Source of the DNA: Octopus sinensis
Taxonomy: Eukaryota
Direction of reading: 5' to 3'
DNA: 64,000 bases
Assembly (NCBI RefSeq): GCF_006345805.1
Contig: NC_043026.1
Location: 7,130,001 to 7,194,000 of the forward strand
Shown here: positions 38,013-52,261 of the stretch, piece by piece
How positions within the stretch are numbered: the first letter of the stretch is position 1
Layout: the number at the start of each line of letters is the position of its first letter
Notes under the pieces: generated by a model
Seen by the model: only the letters and a program-made list of their open reading frames with translations
What the model was told of the DNA's origin: nothing
Database searches by the model: none
Made by a program: the position numbers and the translations under genes

Positions 38013-38052
<40 letters not shown>

Positions 38053-38145
38053 GCACATGTGCTCAGCCTATTTCTTATAAACTGATGTTGGTTGTTTTTT
38101 TCATATCTGTGTTTATTTGTGTCAACAAACAAACACCTTTCATAT

Positions 38146-38182
<37 letters not shown>

Positions 38183-38184
<2 letters not shown>

Positions 38185-38550
38185 TCATCATCATCATCAT
38201 CGTTTAATGTCTGCTTTCCATGCTGGTATGGGTTTGACGGTTTGACTGAGAACTGGTGAGCCAGAGGCTGCACCAGGCCCAATCTGATCTGGCAAAGTTT
38301 CTACAGCTGGATGCCCTTCCTATTATATATAATAAATAGTAAATAATATATAGTATCATCATCATCATCATCATCATCGTTTAGCGTCCGCTTTCCATGC
38401 CAGCATGGGTTGGACGGTTCAACTGGGGTCTGGGAAGCCAGAAGGCTGCACCAGGCCCAGTCTGATCTGGCAATGTTTCTACGGCTGGATGCCCTTCCTA
38501 ACGCCAACCAATCCATGAGTGTAGTGGGTGCTTTTTACATGCCACCGGCA
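38183..38550 (-). mobile_element. Two adjacent RTE-type 3' ends
   Basis: (CAT)n tails at about 38183 and 38355, each followed by the reverse complement of the family sequence. Confidence 0.85.
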
Positions 38551-38554
38551 CATA

Positions 38555-38995
38555 TATATATAGTTAATCCAAACATGAAAACACAAAGAGAAAGCACAAC
38601 AACACGAGGACATGGAACAAGTATAGTGTTATTGGACGCTCTGGAAAGGAAAGAAAGAAGGTGGTTTAACGTTTCAGCGGAGCTCTTCGTCAGAAACATA
38701 GGAAAAGGAAAAATCCAAATGTGTATATGGGTACAGGATGTCACTAACAGTTCAAACAACATGAAATACATAAACAACAAGCAAAAAATGGAAAACAGGA
38801 CAAATAAACAGAGAGAAAGGACCCTTCATCAGTTGTCGGCTGTCTATCTACTCCTCATTATGAGTCTTCAAAGACAGTTGCTCCCATAAATTCTAAAACA
38901 AAATTCAGGATTTATGGAAGGTAAAAGCTGCGAACAGAAACAGAACATTGGAGACATACAAGGAAACCGAACGAAAACAAGCATGGAGGGTTGTT
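38555..38995 (-). mobile_element. Penelope-like terminal-repeat fragment carrying a hammerhead-like motif
   Basis: Shares TGACATCCTGTACCCAT, the hammerhead-like block and downstream GAGCG..ATA with 60690-61505. The PLE assignment is inferred from the motif architecture. Confidence 0.5.
38664..38697 (-). ncRNA. Minimal type I hammerhead-ribozyme-like motif
   Basis: Minus strand: GTTT CTGACGA AG AGC-TCC-GCT GAAAC GT T AAAC. Helix I is GTTT/AAAC and helix III is the palindrome ACGT. One base appears lost before GAAA. Confidence 0.5.
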
Positions 38996-39344
38996 AGGCC
39001 ATAACGAGAGGAAAATAATGAACACTGGGAGAAACTTTTTCTTTGAAAAGATAAAAAGCCTTGTGAGTGGATTTCGTAAATGGAAACTGAAAGAAGCATG
39101 TATTTATATATATATATATATATATATTTATATGTGCATGTCTTTGTGTCTGTGTTTGTTTCCCCCACTGTCGCTTGACGACCGAAGTTGGTGTGTTTAT
39201 ATCCCCCGTAACTTAGCAGTTCAGCAAAAGCGACCGATAGAATAAGTACAAGGCTTACAAAGAATAAGTCCTGGGGTCGATTTGTTTGACTAAAAGGCAG
39301 TGCTCCAGCATGGCTGCAGTCAAATGACTAAAACAAGTAAAAGA

Positions 39345-39378
<34 letters not shown>

Positions 39379-39449
39379 ATGGATGAATGGATAGATAGAC
39401 TGATAGATAGATAAATAGATAGATAGATGAATGGCTGGTTAAATATATA

Positions 39450-40695
39450 GTAGACTGGCAACTAAGTTCCTACTATTTTTTAAAAGGTTTAATAAAAAAT
39501 AACTAATTAATCAATAATGTATTCACCCTTGTTGTTTGTAACTTCTTCCTAACGTTCAACAAGATTTTCAATACCTCATTGGTAGAAATCACCCGGTTTC
39601 GACTCGAAAAACTGAACCAACCAAGCTCTCAGTTCTGCATCAGTATTGAATGAAACTCCACGCATAGCATTTGAAAGAGATCGAAAGAGGTGGAAATCTG
39701 TTGGTGCCAAATCAGGAGAGTACGGCAAGTGTGGCAGTATTTTCCAGCCATGTGTTTGAATAGCTTCCTTGGTCATATTGGCGATATGAGGGCGGGCGTT
39801 GTCGTGCAGCAGAAGAACTCCATGCCGCCGATTAGGTCTTTTCTCTTCAATAAGCCATGTTGAGTCATTCCATCTGTTGAACATAGAGTTCCATGTTGAC
39901 TGTTTGGTTCCGTTCAGGCAATTCGTAATGGATAATCCCTTCCCAGTCCCACCATATGCACAACATTGTTTTACGTGGATGAAGATTTTATTTCATGCGT
40001 GGTATTGCTTATTTACCGGGGCTAAGCCATTCCTTCCGCTACTTCATATTGATGTACCGGTACCATTTTTCATCACCAGTAATGACTCGGTAAAGAAATC
40101 ATTGCTTGTGTCCGTGAGTTGAGCGGTGATGAGCAAGCAAACCAGCAGAGATTGTGGCTCATTGATTTTTGTTGTTGTCACTTAAAGCATGCGGAACCCA
40201 TGCTCCATACTTCTGAACCTTTCCCATCGAGTGAAGATGCTTCTCTATAGCAGCGTGGGAGCATTCCATTTTCTCTGCCAGTTCCTTGTTGTTTGATGAG
40301 AATTTTCATGCAAAAGTTGGTTTAATCGCTCTTCATCGAACTCAACTGGTGGCCAGAATGAGGTGCATATTTGAGGTCAAAATTTCCATTTTTGAACTTG
40401 GCATACCAATCATGAGTGGTTCTTTCAGCTATGGCACCCACTCCATACACAGCACAAATGTTGTGAGTGACTTTTGCGGCCTTAGAACCTTGATTAAAAG
40501 CAAAAAGGAGATGTCGAAAATGCTTGTTTTTCATAACTTGACATACCATTTTAATGATCTGAAAATAAACAAAAATTAATTAAAATTAACTTAGAAAAAT
40601 ACAAAATAGATTCCAAAATGATTCAAAAATAGAATTCTCGAAAAAAATAGATTCCAAAATTTAAAAATATGGTGGGAACTTAGTTGCCAGCCCAA
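39450..40695 (-). mobile_element. Full-length mariner transposon of a second family, decayed transposase
   Basis: TIRs GTAGACTGGCAACTAAGTTCC and GGAACTTAGTTGCCAGCCCAA with TA flanks. ORFs 40322-40549 (HTH region) and 39576-39884 (LLHDNARPH, PYSPDLAPTDF). Confidence 0.95.
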
Positions 40696-41335
40696 TAGAT
40701 AGATAGATAGATAGATTGATAGATACAGAGAGGTGGTGGGAAGAACAGGGAAGTAGATTGGTAGGTCAGTGAACGAGATAGAAGTAAAAATAGAGTTAAT
40801 ATTTTGTGTAAATTTGAGTATTTATAATGATTCTTCCCCTGTGTCTTCCCTCTTGGAATTCAAGATACCGAGATTATATTTTGGCAGACTGTTTTTCATT
40901 ATGCACTCTTACACATATACATACTTGCATAAACACACACACATTAACTATATATTATTTAAAAAGATTTGGGACAAATGGCCATATGTTTCATTCAACA
41001 TGTGTTTATTTAAATTAATGAAGAATTGTGGCATAGGAAGAACAATTTGTGGGTGGTTTCTAATTCCTGATGATAATTATGTGAGTATGTGTGTGTGTGT
41101 GTAATTGAGGTATATACAGACATCACTCACTCTCTATATGTAAATACATACATACATCATCATCATCATCATCATCATTTAACGTCCGTTTTCCATGCTA
41201 GCATGGGTTGGACGGTTTGACTGGGGTCTGGTAAGCCATGAAGGCTGCACCAGGCTCCAGTCTGGTTATATATATATGTGTATGTATGTGTGTGTGTGTG
41301 TGTGTGCATATGTTTATATATTCTTTTATTCATTT

Positions 41336-41563
41336 ATTTTTTACTTGTTTCAGTCATTTGACTACGGCCACGCTGGAGCACCACCTTTTGGTCAAACAAA
41401 TCGACCGCAGGACTTATTCTTTGTAAGCCTAGTACTTAGTCTATTGATCCCTTTTGACGAACTGCTAAGTTACAGAGACGTAAACACACTAGCATCAGTT
41501 GTCAGGTGATGCTGGTGGGAACAAACACAGACACACAAATACATACATACATACATCCATACA

Positions 41564-41610
<47 letters not shown>

Positions 41611-41770
41611 GATGGGCTTCTTTCAGTTTCCATCTACCAAATCTACTCACAAGGCTTTGGCTGGCCTGAGGCAATAGTAGAAGACACTTGCCCAAGGTGC
41701 CATGTAGTGGGACTGAACCTGGGACCATGTGGTTGGGAAGCAAGCTTTTTACACACCACCCTGCCTGCAT
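41336..41770 (-). mobile_element. tRNA-derived SINE, family A
   Basis: Reverse complement of the family consensus seen at 36753-37145. Confidence 0.85.
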
Positions 41771-42919
41771 ATGTGTATATAGTGAAGGCGTGTGGCCAAG
41801 TGGTTAAGATACTTGGCTTGGACGGTCATGAGTTCAATTCCCAGCTGCGTGGTGATAATTTGCACTTTAATTTCACAAGCATGCTGTTTCGTTGAGCTGA
41901 GCAACGGTGACACCGATAGTCATAACTGGCAGAGTGTCAGACATCAATCACATAAAGTCAAGAGGTAAGAGAGACATGAATATAATTATTTAAACACTTG
42001 ACATCCTTAAATAAATATATTCACATCTCACACCTCCTTACTTTTTATGGTTTATTTACTCTTCACAAAGGAATTTCATTGACTGGATCTTTTGCATTTC
42101 AGCTGTATTGACACTCTGCATTACACTTCTCTGAATTGAACCACTGTGTGGTCTGATAGCCGAGTCCATCAGAAGAGCTTTCTGTGACAACCTCATGATT
42201 CTATGAATCCATATTTTATAGTACACATTTACACACACACACACACACATATAATTTTTTATTTGTTTCAGTCATTTGACTGTGGCCATACTGGGGCACA
42301 TCCTTAAATACTGAACCCGGAACCATGTGGTTCGTAAGCAAGCTACTTACCACACAGCCACTTCTGCGCCTATGTATGCAAACATAGCATACGTGTGGGA
42401 TTATAAATTTTAGAAGATATTTATACTCAGAAAATTGTATATATAAATTAATATGAGTTTTTTTGTGGCTGTATATTAGCCCCCACCCCCCATGTGTGTG
42501 TGTGTGGAGAGAGAGAGAGCAAGAGTTAGCCGCAGCACATAAGCAATGAAAATGTATCTTAACAGAAAACATACTTATGACACACAGACATCTTTTCATA
42601 GATTAATGACTTTATAAAAGCTGTCAGACACACACACACACCACACACACACACACAGAACACAATTAGTCTCATCCACACACTTTCGACATCTACCTCC
42701 TTCTCTCTCCCCCTTTCTTTGTCCCCCTCTTCTTTGCCCCTCTCTGTCTTTCACACCCTCTATCATCAATCACACACTCTCTCTCTCGCTCTCTCTCTCT
42801 CTCTCTTTTCCCCTCTTCCCCTTGTTTTTCTGTCTTTTGTCTTTCAACTTCTACTTTTCAATTTCTACTATTTTTAAATAATTATTCTTTCTTATTTTAC
42901 ATATACATACACATATATA

Positions 42920-42975
42920 ATTATCTATCTATCTATCTATCTATCTGTCTATCTATCTATCTATCTATCTACCTG

Positions 42976-43044
<69 letters not shown>

Positions 43045-43085
43045 ATATCTATCTATCTATCTATCTATCTTTATATCTATCTTTA

Positions 43086-43133
<48 letters not shown>

Positions 43134-43145
43134 ATTCTATCTATC
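42920..43145. repeat. (TCTA)n microsatellite
   Basis: Directly visible. Confidence 0.95.
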
Positions 43146-43410
43146 TCCCAACCTATGTCTATATCTGTCTATCTCTCCCTACCTCCTCCCACTACCAACT
43201 TTTCACACCTCCCACCCTACCCTATACATTCACACATCTGTTATCCATATCAGATGATTTATCTCTCAGTTGTTACACACACACACACGTATATATACAC
43301 ACACACACACTTGCAGGTGAAAATTTGTGACTGAATTAATGTGTTTCATATAAAATAGATGAATCACACGTCTTTATATATATGTATGCATTTGTGTGAG
43401 TATGTGTGTG

Positions 43411-43452
<42 letters not shown>

Positions 43453-43937
43453 GTGCATTCACATATTTATGAATGTATATATGTATATACATGTATACTT
43501 ACATAAATATATATATATATATATATACATACACACATATATTTATAGATGTATGTACTTAAAATATATGCTGATATCAATCGGTATATTTAATAAACAC
43601 ATTCAGAAAGTGTTTACCACACAAGCACACACACACACACACACACACACTGGAAACTCCGCAGATATGAACTTACATAACATATGTTAGTGATAGAATG
43701 TTTATCTATCTTTGAATTAGAGAAGAAATTCCAGGCATTAGAAACAAGACGTAAGATGAAGAGACTCCAAGGTAAACTTAGCCAAGACCAAGATTCTTCG
43801 TCAGGAGTAAAGAGAACAAGATTCTGGTTCCATCAGAGGAATGGTCTTGCTTGCTATGCAGTTTCTTGTGTCTTTTGCCATGCTGGGGCACCACCTTGAG
43901 GAATTTTAGTCAAAAAAATCAAACTCAATATTTACTC

Positions 43938-44179
43938 TTTTACTCTCTTTTACTTGTTTCAATCATTTGACTGTGGCCATGCTGTGGTCAAGCAATTGAC
44001 CCCAGGACTTATTCTTTGTAAACCTAATAATTATTCTATCAGCCCCTTTTTACTGGACTGCTAAGTTACTGGAACCGTAAACACACTAGCATTGTTGTCA
44101 AGCGATGTTGGGGGGACAACTACACACACAACACACACATACATACATACCTCATCATCAATCATCATAATATAATACT

Positions 44180-44236
<57 letters not shown>

Positions 44237-44470
44237 CTATATATAATATATATATATATATACATAATACATATATATAATGATGGTCATCTTTCAGTTT
44301 CCTCTACCAAATTCACTCACAAGGCTTTGGTCGGGCCCGGGGCTATAGTAGAAGACACTTGCCCTAAGTGCCATGCAGTGGGACTGAACCCGCAATCATG
44401 TGGCTCGTGAAGCAAGCTTCTTACCACATGTGGTTTGTAAGCAAGCTACTTATCACACAGCCACTTCTAT
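43938..44470 (-). mobile_element. tRNA-derived SINE, family A, older copy
   Basis: Family tail, body and head, with a small internal duplication near the head. Confidence 0.8.
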
Positions 44471-44581
44471 GCCTTATTGTTTTTTTTAAAAGCCTGGTAC
44501 TTATTCTATCAGTCTCTTTTGGGGAACTGCTAAGTTGTGAGGACATAAACAAACCTACACCAGCTGTCAAGAGGTGCATAC

Positions 44582-45078
44582 AGCTGTAAGGGGAAATCAT
44601 CGAATCACCACTTGTGAGTTATGAGAGGATGTCCAGATTAGTTACAGTTCAGTTCAGTCCATTATCAGTGAAGATTTGGGTATGAGACGTGTGTCTGCCA
44701 AGTTTGTGCCAAAACTGTTTTCAGCTGACCAAAAAGACACTCCGGTTTCAGTTGCACAAGATCTTTTTGATTGTGTTGAGAAGGATGAAAGCATTTTGAA
44801 AACTTTGTGTCGGCCTCTGAGCAGGTATCACCAAGTTTTTGGCAAAATTTGATGCAGATTCACTCCTCAACTTTCTATGTCATGGTCAATGCGACAATCA
44901 CACGCTACACACCTTCCTTCCAAGCACAGCTGTAAACAGCAGAAGTGAGGTAGAACGTTAAAACTTAGTGTGCATATACAGCAGAGATGAAGGTCAATCT
45001 GTGCCAAGCAGCTTCCACTCTGTGTGCTTTAGCTTCGTTACTATGGCTACAGTCCGGATACTTATTGATCAGACACAT
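44582..45078 (+). mobile_element. Internally deleted mariner fragment of a third family
   Basis: Reads SVQSIISEDLGMRRVSAKFVPKLFSADQK, then jumps to a TIR-like end CAGTCCGGATACTTATTGATCAGAC. Confidence 0.75.
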
Positions 45079-45859
45079 ATATGTATGTCTGTGTATATAT
45101 ATATAGATATATATATATACACACACATACACACATACATATGCATATGTACACACACACACACATATATACATACATGTATATATATATACATACATAC
45201 CTGCACACATGCATATACACACATACACATGCACTCATGCACACACACATATATGGTCACATCTGTCTGTATGCATGTGCACATGTCTATGCACACTGCT
45301 TCAATGAATCTTTGAGAAAAACCATCGAAGTATCTAGGTTGTAGCAGGAAGAAAGAGCCAGTGTAAGATAAAGAGCAGGACCGGCAACGCTGACATCAGC
45401 AACCTCCGCCTCCCTCCAGTCACACAACCTCCAAAAACCAAACAGCAGTGAACGTTCTATTTATATAAGAAAGGCTGTTATTGTTACCACTGAACTGATG
45501 GTGGCAGTGGTGGTGGTGGTGGTGATGGTACTGGTGGTGGTTGTGTTGGTGGTGATGGTTGGGGTGGCAGCGGCAGTGGTGGTGTTGGTGTGGCAGTGGT
45601 GGTAGTAGTGGTAGTGGTGGGTGGTAGTTGTGGTGGTGGAGGCTGGTGATAGTATGCCGGTGATTGTGGTACTGGTTGTGGCGGTAGTGGTGGTGATAAT
45701 GATGATGCTAGTAGTTATTGATACTGTGATAGTGTTGTTGTTGGCGGTGGTGGAGGAGGGGAGTTGTAGATTTGTCTGCTGTAGTGTTGGTGGCAGCAAC
45801 AATGGTTAGTTTTATTCACAATGGTACCCTGACAGAGTCAACAACATAGCTACAGAGAG

Positions 45860-45898
45860 AATATATATATATATATATATAATATTGTGTTAATATAT

Positions 45899-45929
<31 letters not shown>

Positions 45930-45971
45930 TATATATATATGTATGTGTTATAATATATATATAGAGATTGT

Positions 45972-46005
<34 letters not shown>

Positions 46006-46044
46006 TGTTATATTATATATATATATATATATATATAATATGTG

Positions 46045-46075
<31 letters not shown>

Positions 46076-46532
46076 TATATATATATATTATATATATATA
46101 TATGTGTTATATATATAATATATATAATATATGTGTGTTATATATATATATATATATATTGTGTTTATATATATATATATATATATATGTGTGTTATATA
46201 TATATATGTGTTATATATATATATATATAATATATATATATATGTTTTATATATATATATATATATAATGTTTGTTATATTATATATATGTTATATATAT
46301 ATATATATATGTTTGTTATATATATAATATATCATGTATTTATATATATATATATATACCTATAGATATATAAATATATGATATATATATATAAATATAT
46401 GATTATATATATAAATATATGATATATAATATATTAATATATATATATATAATATATATGTTTGTTATATATATTATATATGTTTGTTATATATATATAA
46501 ATATATGATATATATATATATATATATGTGTG

Positions 46533-46563
<31 letters not shown>

Positions 46564-46584
46564 GTTTATATTCTATATATATGT

Positions 46585-46618
<34 letters not shown>
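45860..46618. repeat. Long degenerate (TA)n/(TG)n tract
   Basis: Directly visible. Confidence 0.95.
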
Positions 46619-46620
<2 letters not shown>

Positions 46621-46934
46621 GAGGCGCAATGGCTCAGTGGTTAGGGCAGTGGACTCGCGGTTCTAGGATTGCGGTTTCGATTTCTAGACTCGGCGTTGTG
46701 AGTGTTTATTGAGTGAAAACACCTAAAGCGCCACGAGTCTCCGGCAGAGGGTGGTGGCGATCCCTGCTGTGCTCTTTTGCCACTACTTTCTCTCACTCTT
46801 TCTTCTCTTGGCCTGCTCGCTTAGCCAGCGGGGTGGCGTCAACTGAAGGCTAAAACAATGTGAAGCGCATTGTGACCAGCGATGTGTAGCAACATCTGAT
46901 AACAATATTTGATAGCCTGGTCGGTCACGGTGAT
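46619..46934 (+). mobile_element. tRNA-derived SINE, family D head
   Basis: TGGAGGCGCAATGGCTCAGTGGTTAGG...GGTTTCGATTTC. The 5' half is homologous to 14489-14783. Confidence 0.8.
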
Positions 46935-46939
46935 AATGG

Positions 46940-46986
<47 letters not shown>

Positions 46987-47791
46987 ATATAAAATACAAT
47001 ATGGGATATGAACGCAAACATCCGGACAACTAGGTGATACAAAAAGGGAATATATGTATGTACATACATACACACATACATACATACGAAATATATGTAG
47101 CCGGGATTTTTATCTTCTCCATTCTCCACTTTTGGAAGCATTTACAACCTTCTACATTAATAAAACACTCTTGTTCCTGAAAGTTGGTTTTTATACCTTC
47201 TATGGACTGCTTGAATCTTACTAACTTCCTACATCTTGATCTTTGGATCTTACCTTTAAATATGTGTGTGTGTGTGTATACATACATTATATAAATATAT
47301 ATATATTTTTGTTTTTGCTTCAATCGTTAGACTGAGGCCATGCTGGGGCACCACCTTGAATAATTTTAGTTGAACACATCGACCCCAGGACTTATTGTTT
47401 TGTTTAATGTCTGATAATATTCTATCGGTCTCAAATTGCTAAGTTATGAGGATATAAACACACCAACACCAGCTGTCAAGCGATGGTGGAGGGACAAACA
47501 GACACTCAGGCACACACACACACACACACATGTATATGGGCTTCTTTCAGTTTCCGTCTACCAAATCTACTTATAAGGTTTTGGTCGGCCCAAGGCTGTA
47601 GTAGAAGACACTTGCTCAATGTGCCACATGGAGGGATTGAACCCCCCTCCTCCGCCCATGATGATGAAGAGGACAATGATGGTGATGATGATGGTGATAT
47701 TTATATAGCTAATTAGCTAACGATACTTTATTGACAGCAAAAATAATTACAAATCAAAACTCAACACTGCGTCAGCAGTAGCAGTAGTAAC

Positions 47792-47840
<49 letters not shown>

Positions 47841-48274
47841 AGCAGCTAGCAGCAGCCAGCATCAGCCCAGCACAGTAGTAGTTAGTATAGTCAGTCGTAA
47901 GTACTGCAGCAGCAGTTGTATAGTAGTAGTAGTACACCACCCATATATATATGTGTATATATACACACATACACCTCCCACACATACCTCCACACACACA
48001 CACCCCGGCGTATGCCTGCTTCAGAGATAAGAAGGTATTAGCTGCAAAGACAGTTTAAATCTGGTAAGACATGATGTCGTCCTATGCAACATCTTTCCCT
48101 TGGTAATTGCCATGATCCGTTGCTGCTTGATACAAAAAGCACCACTGATAGCTTCATTATCTCCCTTATCTTATCCTGAAGATAAGGCTGAGGAGATCTT
48201 GAAATCTTCAGGGACTTACTAATGTTGGTGCTTCGAACTAAACACAAAGGATTGATAAGGAAATATGGATTCAA

Positions 48275-49215
48275 GCATTGTGTATCTAGGGTTACATTAT
48301 CTAATGTATCTTTTGTTGCTGTTGGTGGTGTTGTTGTTGTTTAACCCAAGGCCACTCTGATCCAGTAGTTCCATCTATAAAATGTGTTCTAGCAATGGCC
48401 ATCCCATCTATAATAGTGTATCAAGGACTACAGTATCAAATGTCTCTCGTTGTTGCTATTGTTTAGCCCTAGGTCAGTCCTGATCCAGATAGACCAATGA
48501 TTAAAGGCATTCTAGCTGTGACAATTCCATCTATAACACAGGCATAGTGTATCTAGGACAACATTATCAAATGTCTCTCCTTGTGCTATTGTTTAGTCCT
48601 AAGTCAGTTCTGATCCAGATAGACCTATGATGAAAAGCGTTCCAGCCATGGCCATCCCATCTATAACATAGACATAGTGTATCTGGGACTACATTATCAA
48701 ATGTCTTTCCTTGTTGCTATTGTTTAGCCCTAGGTCAGTCCTGATCCAGATAGACCTATGATTAAAGGTGTTCCAGCCATGGCCATCCCAGCTATATAAC
48801 ACAGACATAGTGTATCTAGGACTACAGTATCAAATGTCTCTCCTTGTTACTATTGTTTAGCCCTAGGTCAGTCCTGATCCAGATAGACCTATGATTAAAG
48901 GCGTTCCAGCCATGGCCATCCCAGCTATATAACACAGACATAGTGTATCTAGGACTACATTATCAAATGTCTTTCCTTGTTGGTATTGTTTAGCCCTAGG
49001 TCAATCCTGATCCAGATAGACCTATGATTAAAGGCGTTCTAGCTGTGGCCATCCCAGCTATAATTCAGGCATAGTATGTCTAGGGCTACATTGTCTAATA
49101 CATCCTTCTTTGTTGTTTAATCCCTGGTCTATCTTCAACCAGCAAGTCTATATATGATTAAGGGTCCCATCATTTAATCACACACAATGTATCTAGGACT
49201 ACATTATCTAATGTG
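48275..49215. repeat. Tandem repeat of ~130-bp units, about 7 copies
   Basis: The AGGTCAGTCCTGATCCAGATAGACC block starts near 48349, 48471, 48601, 48732, 48865, 48998 and 49125. Confidence 0.9.
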
Positions 49216-50168
49216 CCGTGAGTTTTTTTCTTTTCTTTAAAAGCTGACAAAGGGCAATTTGGAGCTGATGCAATTTGGCTGTTATTTTTAGCAGGTCAAT
49301 CAACCCCATTGAAGCACCCCCCCCCCTGTCTTTATACGTTTCATTATATCCACGCAGAAAGTAGAAAGACTTATTTTATCAACAGTACCCCCGTGGTGGT
49401 GTTGGGGGGCACTGATGGGAAGGGAGCTCCTGGTCCTTACCCTGGCTAGGGTGCAGGTTGGGGGGATGGGGTCGGTGGCAGGGAGTGGGTGGTGGTGGTG
49501 CATTGTTATCATAATATTAAGGGGATGAGTTTTAAATCTGTGTACTTGCCATCCCTTTCTCTCCTGCTTCGCTCTGACAACCCTCACATGCCATTCCATC
49601 CTGCCTCTGGAAAGCAGGTGGGGGCTGGGAGTGACGGTTGTGTTGTGTTAGCGGGGGGGGGTATCTGCTTGTTTGTCCCCCCCCCGTATGCTACACATCC
49701 TTCATAGGGGATGGTGATGATGATGATGATGATGATGAGGATGCCACCGCCGACAATGACAACAGTGGCGGCAGCGGCGATGATGACGATGACGATGGTG
49801 ATGATTACGCTGATTATGATGATGACAACAATGATGGTGATGATGATGATGATGATGATGATGATGGTGATGATGATTACGATAATGATAATGATACTTG
49901 TGATGGTGGTGATGTTGTGATGGAGATGTGTGTGTGTGTGTGTTAAATTTTTCCGCAGTAAAAAGGTTGACAGTGTCTTCGAAGTCTCAGCTAGTCTCAT
50001 GCCTTCATCTGACCATCTGACAAAGACCGGCAGGTCAATACTTCGAAGTCACTGTCAACGCTATTCTTGTTAAAGTATAACCAAATACCTCATTGTTGTT
50101 TCGAGCTGTCCAGGGTAGCATTAGTTCCACAACAGAACTCATTCATAAACAACACGAATTTTGTATCT

Positions 50169-50583
50169 CTTACTCTTTTACTCTTTTACTTGTTTCAGTC
50201 ATTTGACTGCAGCCATGCTGGAGCACCGTCTTTAGTCGAGCAAATCGACCCCGGGACTTATTCTTTGGAAGCCCAGTACTTATTCTATCGGTCTCTTTTG
50301 CCAAACCGCTAAGTGACGGGGACGTAAACACACCAGCATCGGTTGTCAAGCAATGCTAGGGGGACAAACACAGACGCACAAACATATACACACACACTTA
50401 TATATATAACATATATACGACAGGCTTCTTTCAGTTTTCGTTACCGTCTACCAAATCCACTCACAAGGCATTGTCGGCCCGGGGCTATAGCAGAAGACAC
50501 TTGCCCAAGATGCCAAGCGTGGGACTGACCCGGAACCATGTGGTTGGTTAGCAAGCTACTTACCACACAGCCACTCCTGCGCC
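50169..50583 (-). mobile_element. tRNA-derived SINE, family A, young copy
   Basis: Near-identical to 13318-13747 and 57620-58021. Confidence 0.92.
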
Positions 50584-51045
50584 TATCTATCCATGTATTC
50601 ACAAAAATTGATTTACAAGAGAAAACTCACATTATAATCAGACACCATGAATTGCATTTCGAAAAGTGAAATGTTGTAAAACAAAGAATTGTCAGGATAA
50701 AACATTAGAGTTAACGACTGTCAAATTTGGTGCAGAAGAAAATCGGACATTTCATTCTTAACGACCTGATAATTAGCAGCCATAAATAAAATGGGCCATG
50801 TTATCTTTGATCCTAAGTCAACTGGACCAGGACTGACCATGGGCTAAACAACACCATCGACAACAACAAAAAAAAAGCAATAACAACGGTGAAATATGCA
50901 AATATATTAACAGGTCATGTTCATTTCATACATCATACATTTACATACATTTACATACATTTGCATACATTTGCATACATAGCATATGTAAATTTATTTA
51001 TTCATGTAGTAAAGCATCATTTGCACACTCACATACAGACAAATT

Positions 51046-51084
<39 letters not shown>

Positions 51085-51232
51085 CCACACAGACATATAT
51101 GTGTAAGGTCACAATTATATGATTTCTCACACACACACATACAAAATTATATATATACATATACAAGTGTACCTGCATGCAGGTGCCATCAAAGACTTTA
51201 TACTGATTTGCAAATGTATGTGTGTATATACA

Positions 51233-51299
<67 letters not shown>

Positions 51300-51303
51300 T
51301 GTC

Positions 51304-51339
<36 letters not shown>

Positions 51340-52155
51340 CATGTGTGTATGTAAGCACTCACCTAAATTCATTCATACAGACATACTTCCACACACACAC
51401 ACAAGCAAGTAATTTTGAGGTGTTACAAACATGTAGAAAAATACACTCCTACTGATTGACATAGATGGGGAGGGCATGGATGGAGTAGTGGTAGCAAGCG
51501 AGATAGAGAGAGAGAGCGGGGGGGAATACATATAGGTATAGGAAGATAGATAGATTGAGAGATAGATAGATAGAGAGAGAGAGACAGACGGACAGACAAA
51601 TAGGTAGATAGATAGATAAAGATCGATAGATAAATACATACATAGGCAAACAGATAGATACATAGATAGACAGACAGACAGACAGATAGATTCATAAATA
51701 GATAGATAAATATGTAGGTGGGTTGGAAGGCAGGTAGGTAGGTAGACAGACAGAGAGATGTAGATAGATAGGTAGATAGAAAGATAGATAGATAGTGATT
51801 GATAGAGGCACTGTCATTGTTGTTATAGATATCATTGGAGATGGTTCTCTGTGTGTGTGTATATATATATATATCTTTACATTTGCTTAATTAGAGGATA
51901 TGTTAACCTTATGAAGGGATGGTTGAGTCTGTTGAAATGAATTGATAAGCCCAAGGTACATCTTTTTTCCCCTGATGAAATTATACTTGTGCCACATAAA
52001 TGTAAATTTAATGTACAAATTTATAATTAAATTATTCAGTATTAATTGAAACGGCTGTAAGGAGCAAAGATGACCAATTTGCTGTTAATGATAAACAATT
52101 ATTAACTTCCTTATCTCCATTTTCTTTTCTTTTAAATGGATATAAACTATATCTT

Positions 52156-52192
<37 letters not shown>

Positions 52193-52219
52193 ATTTATGT
52201 ATATATATGTGTGTGTGTG

Positions 52220-52250
<31 letters not shown>

Positions 52251-52261
52251 TTTTTTTATGT

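Noticed and set aside
42060-42200. Possible minus-strand phase 2-2 exon (IMRLSQKALLMDSAIRPH...)
   Set aside because: The frame is open and a GT donor exists, but the acceptor has no pyrimidine tract, the peptide is unrecognisable and no partner exon was found.
43721-43771. Possible plus-strand exon KKFQALETRRKMKRLQ
   Set aside because: It is open only as phase 1-1 and has a stop in phase 0, so it cannot sit between the two WDR49-like exons. There is no other support.
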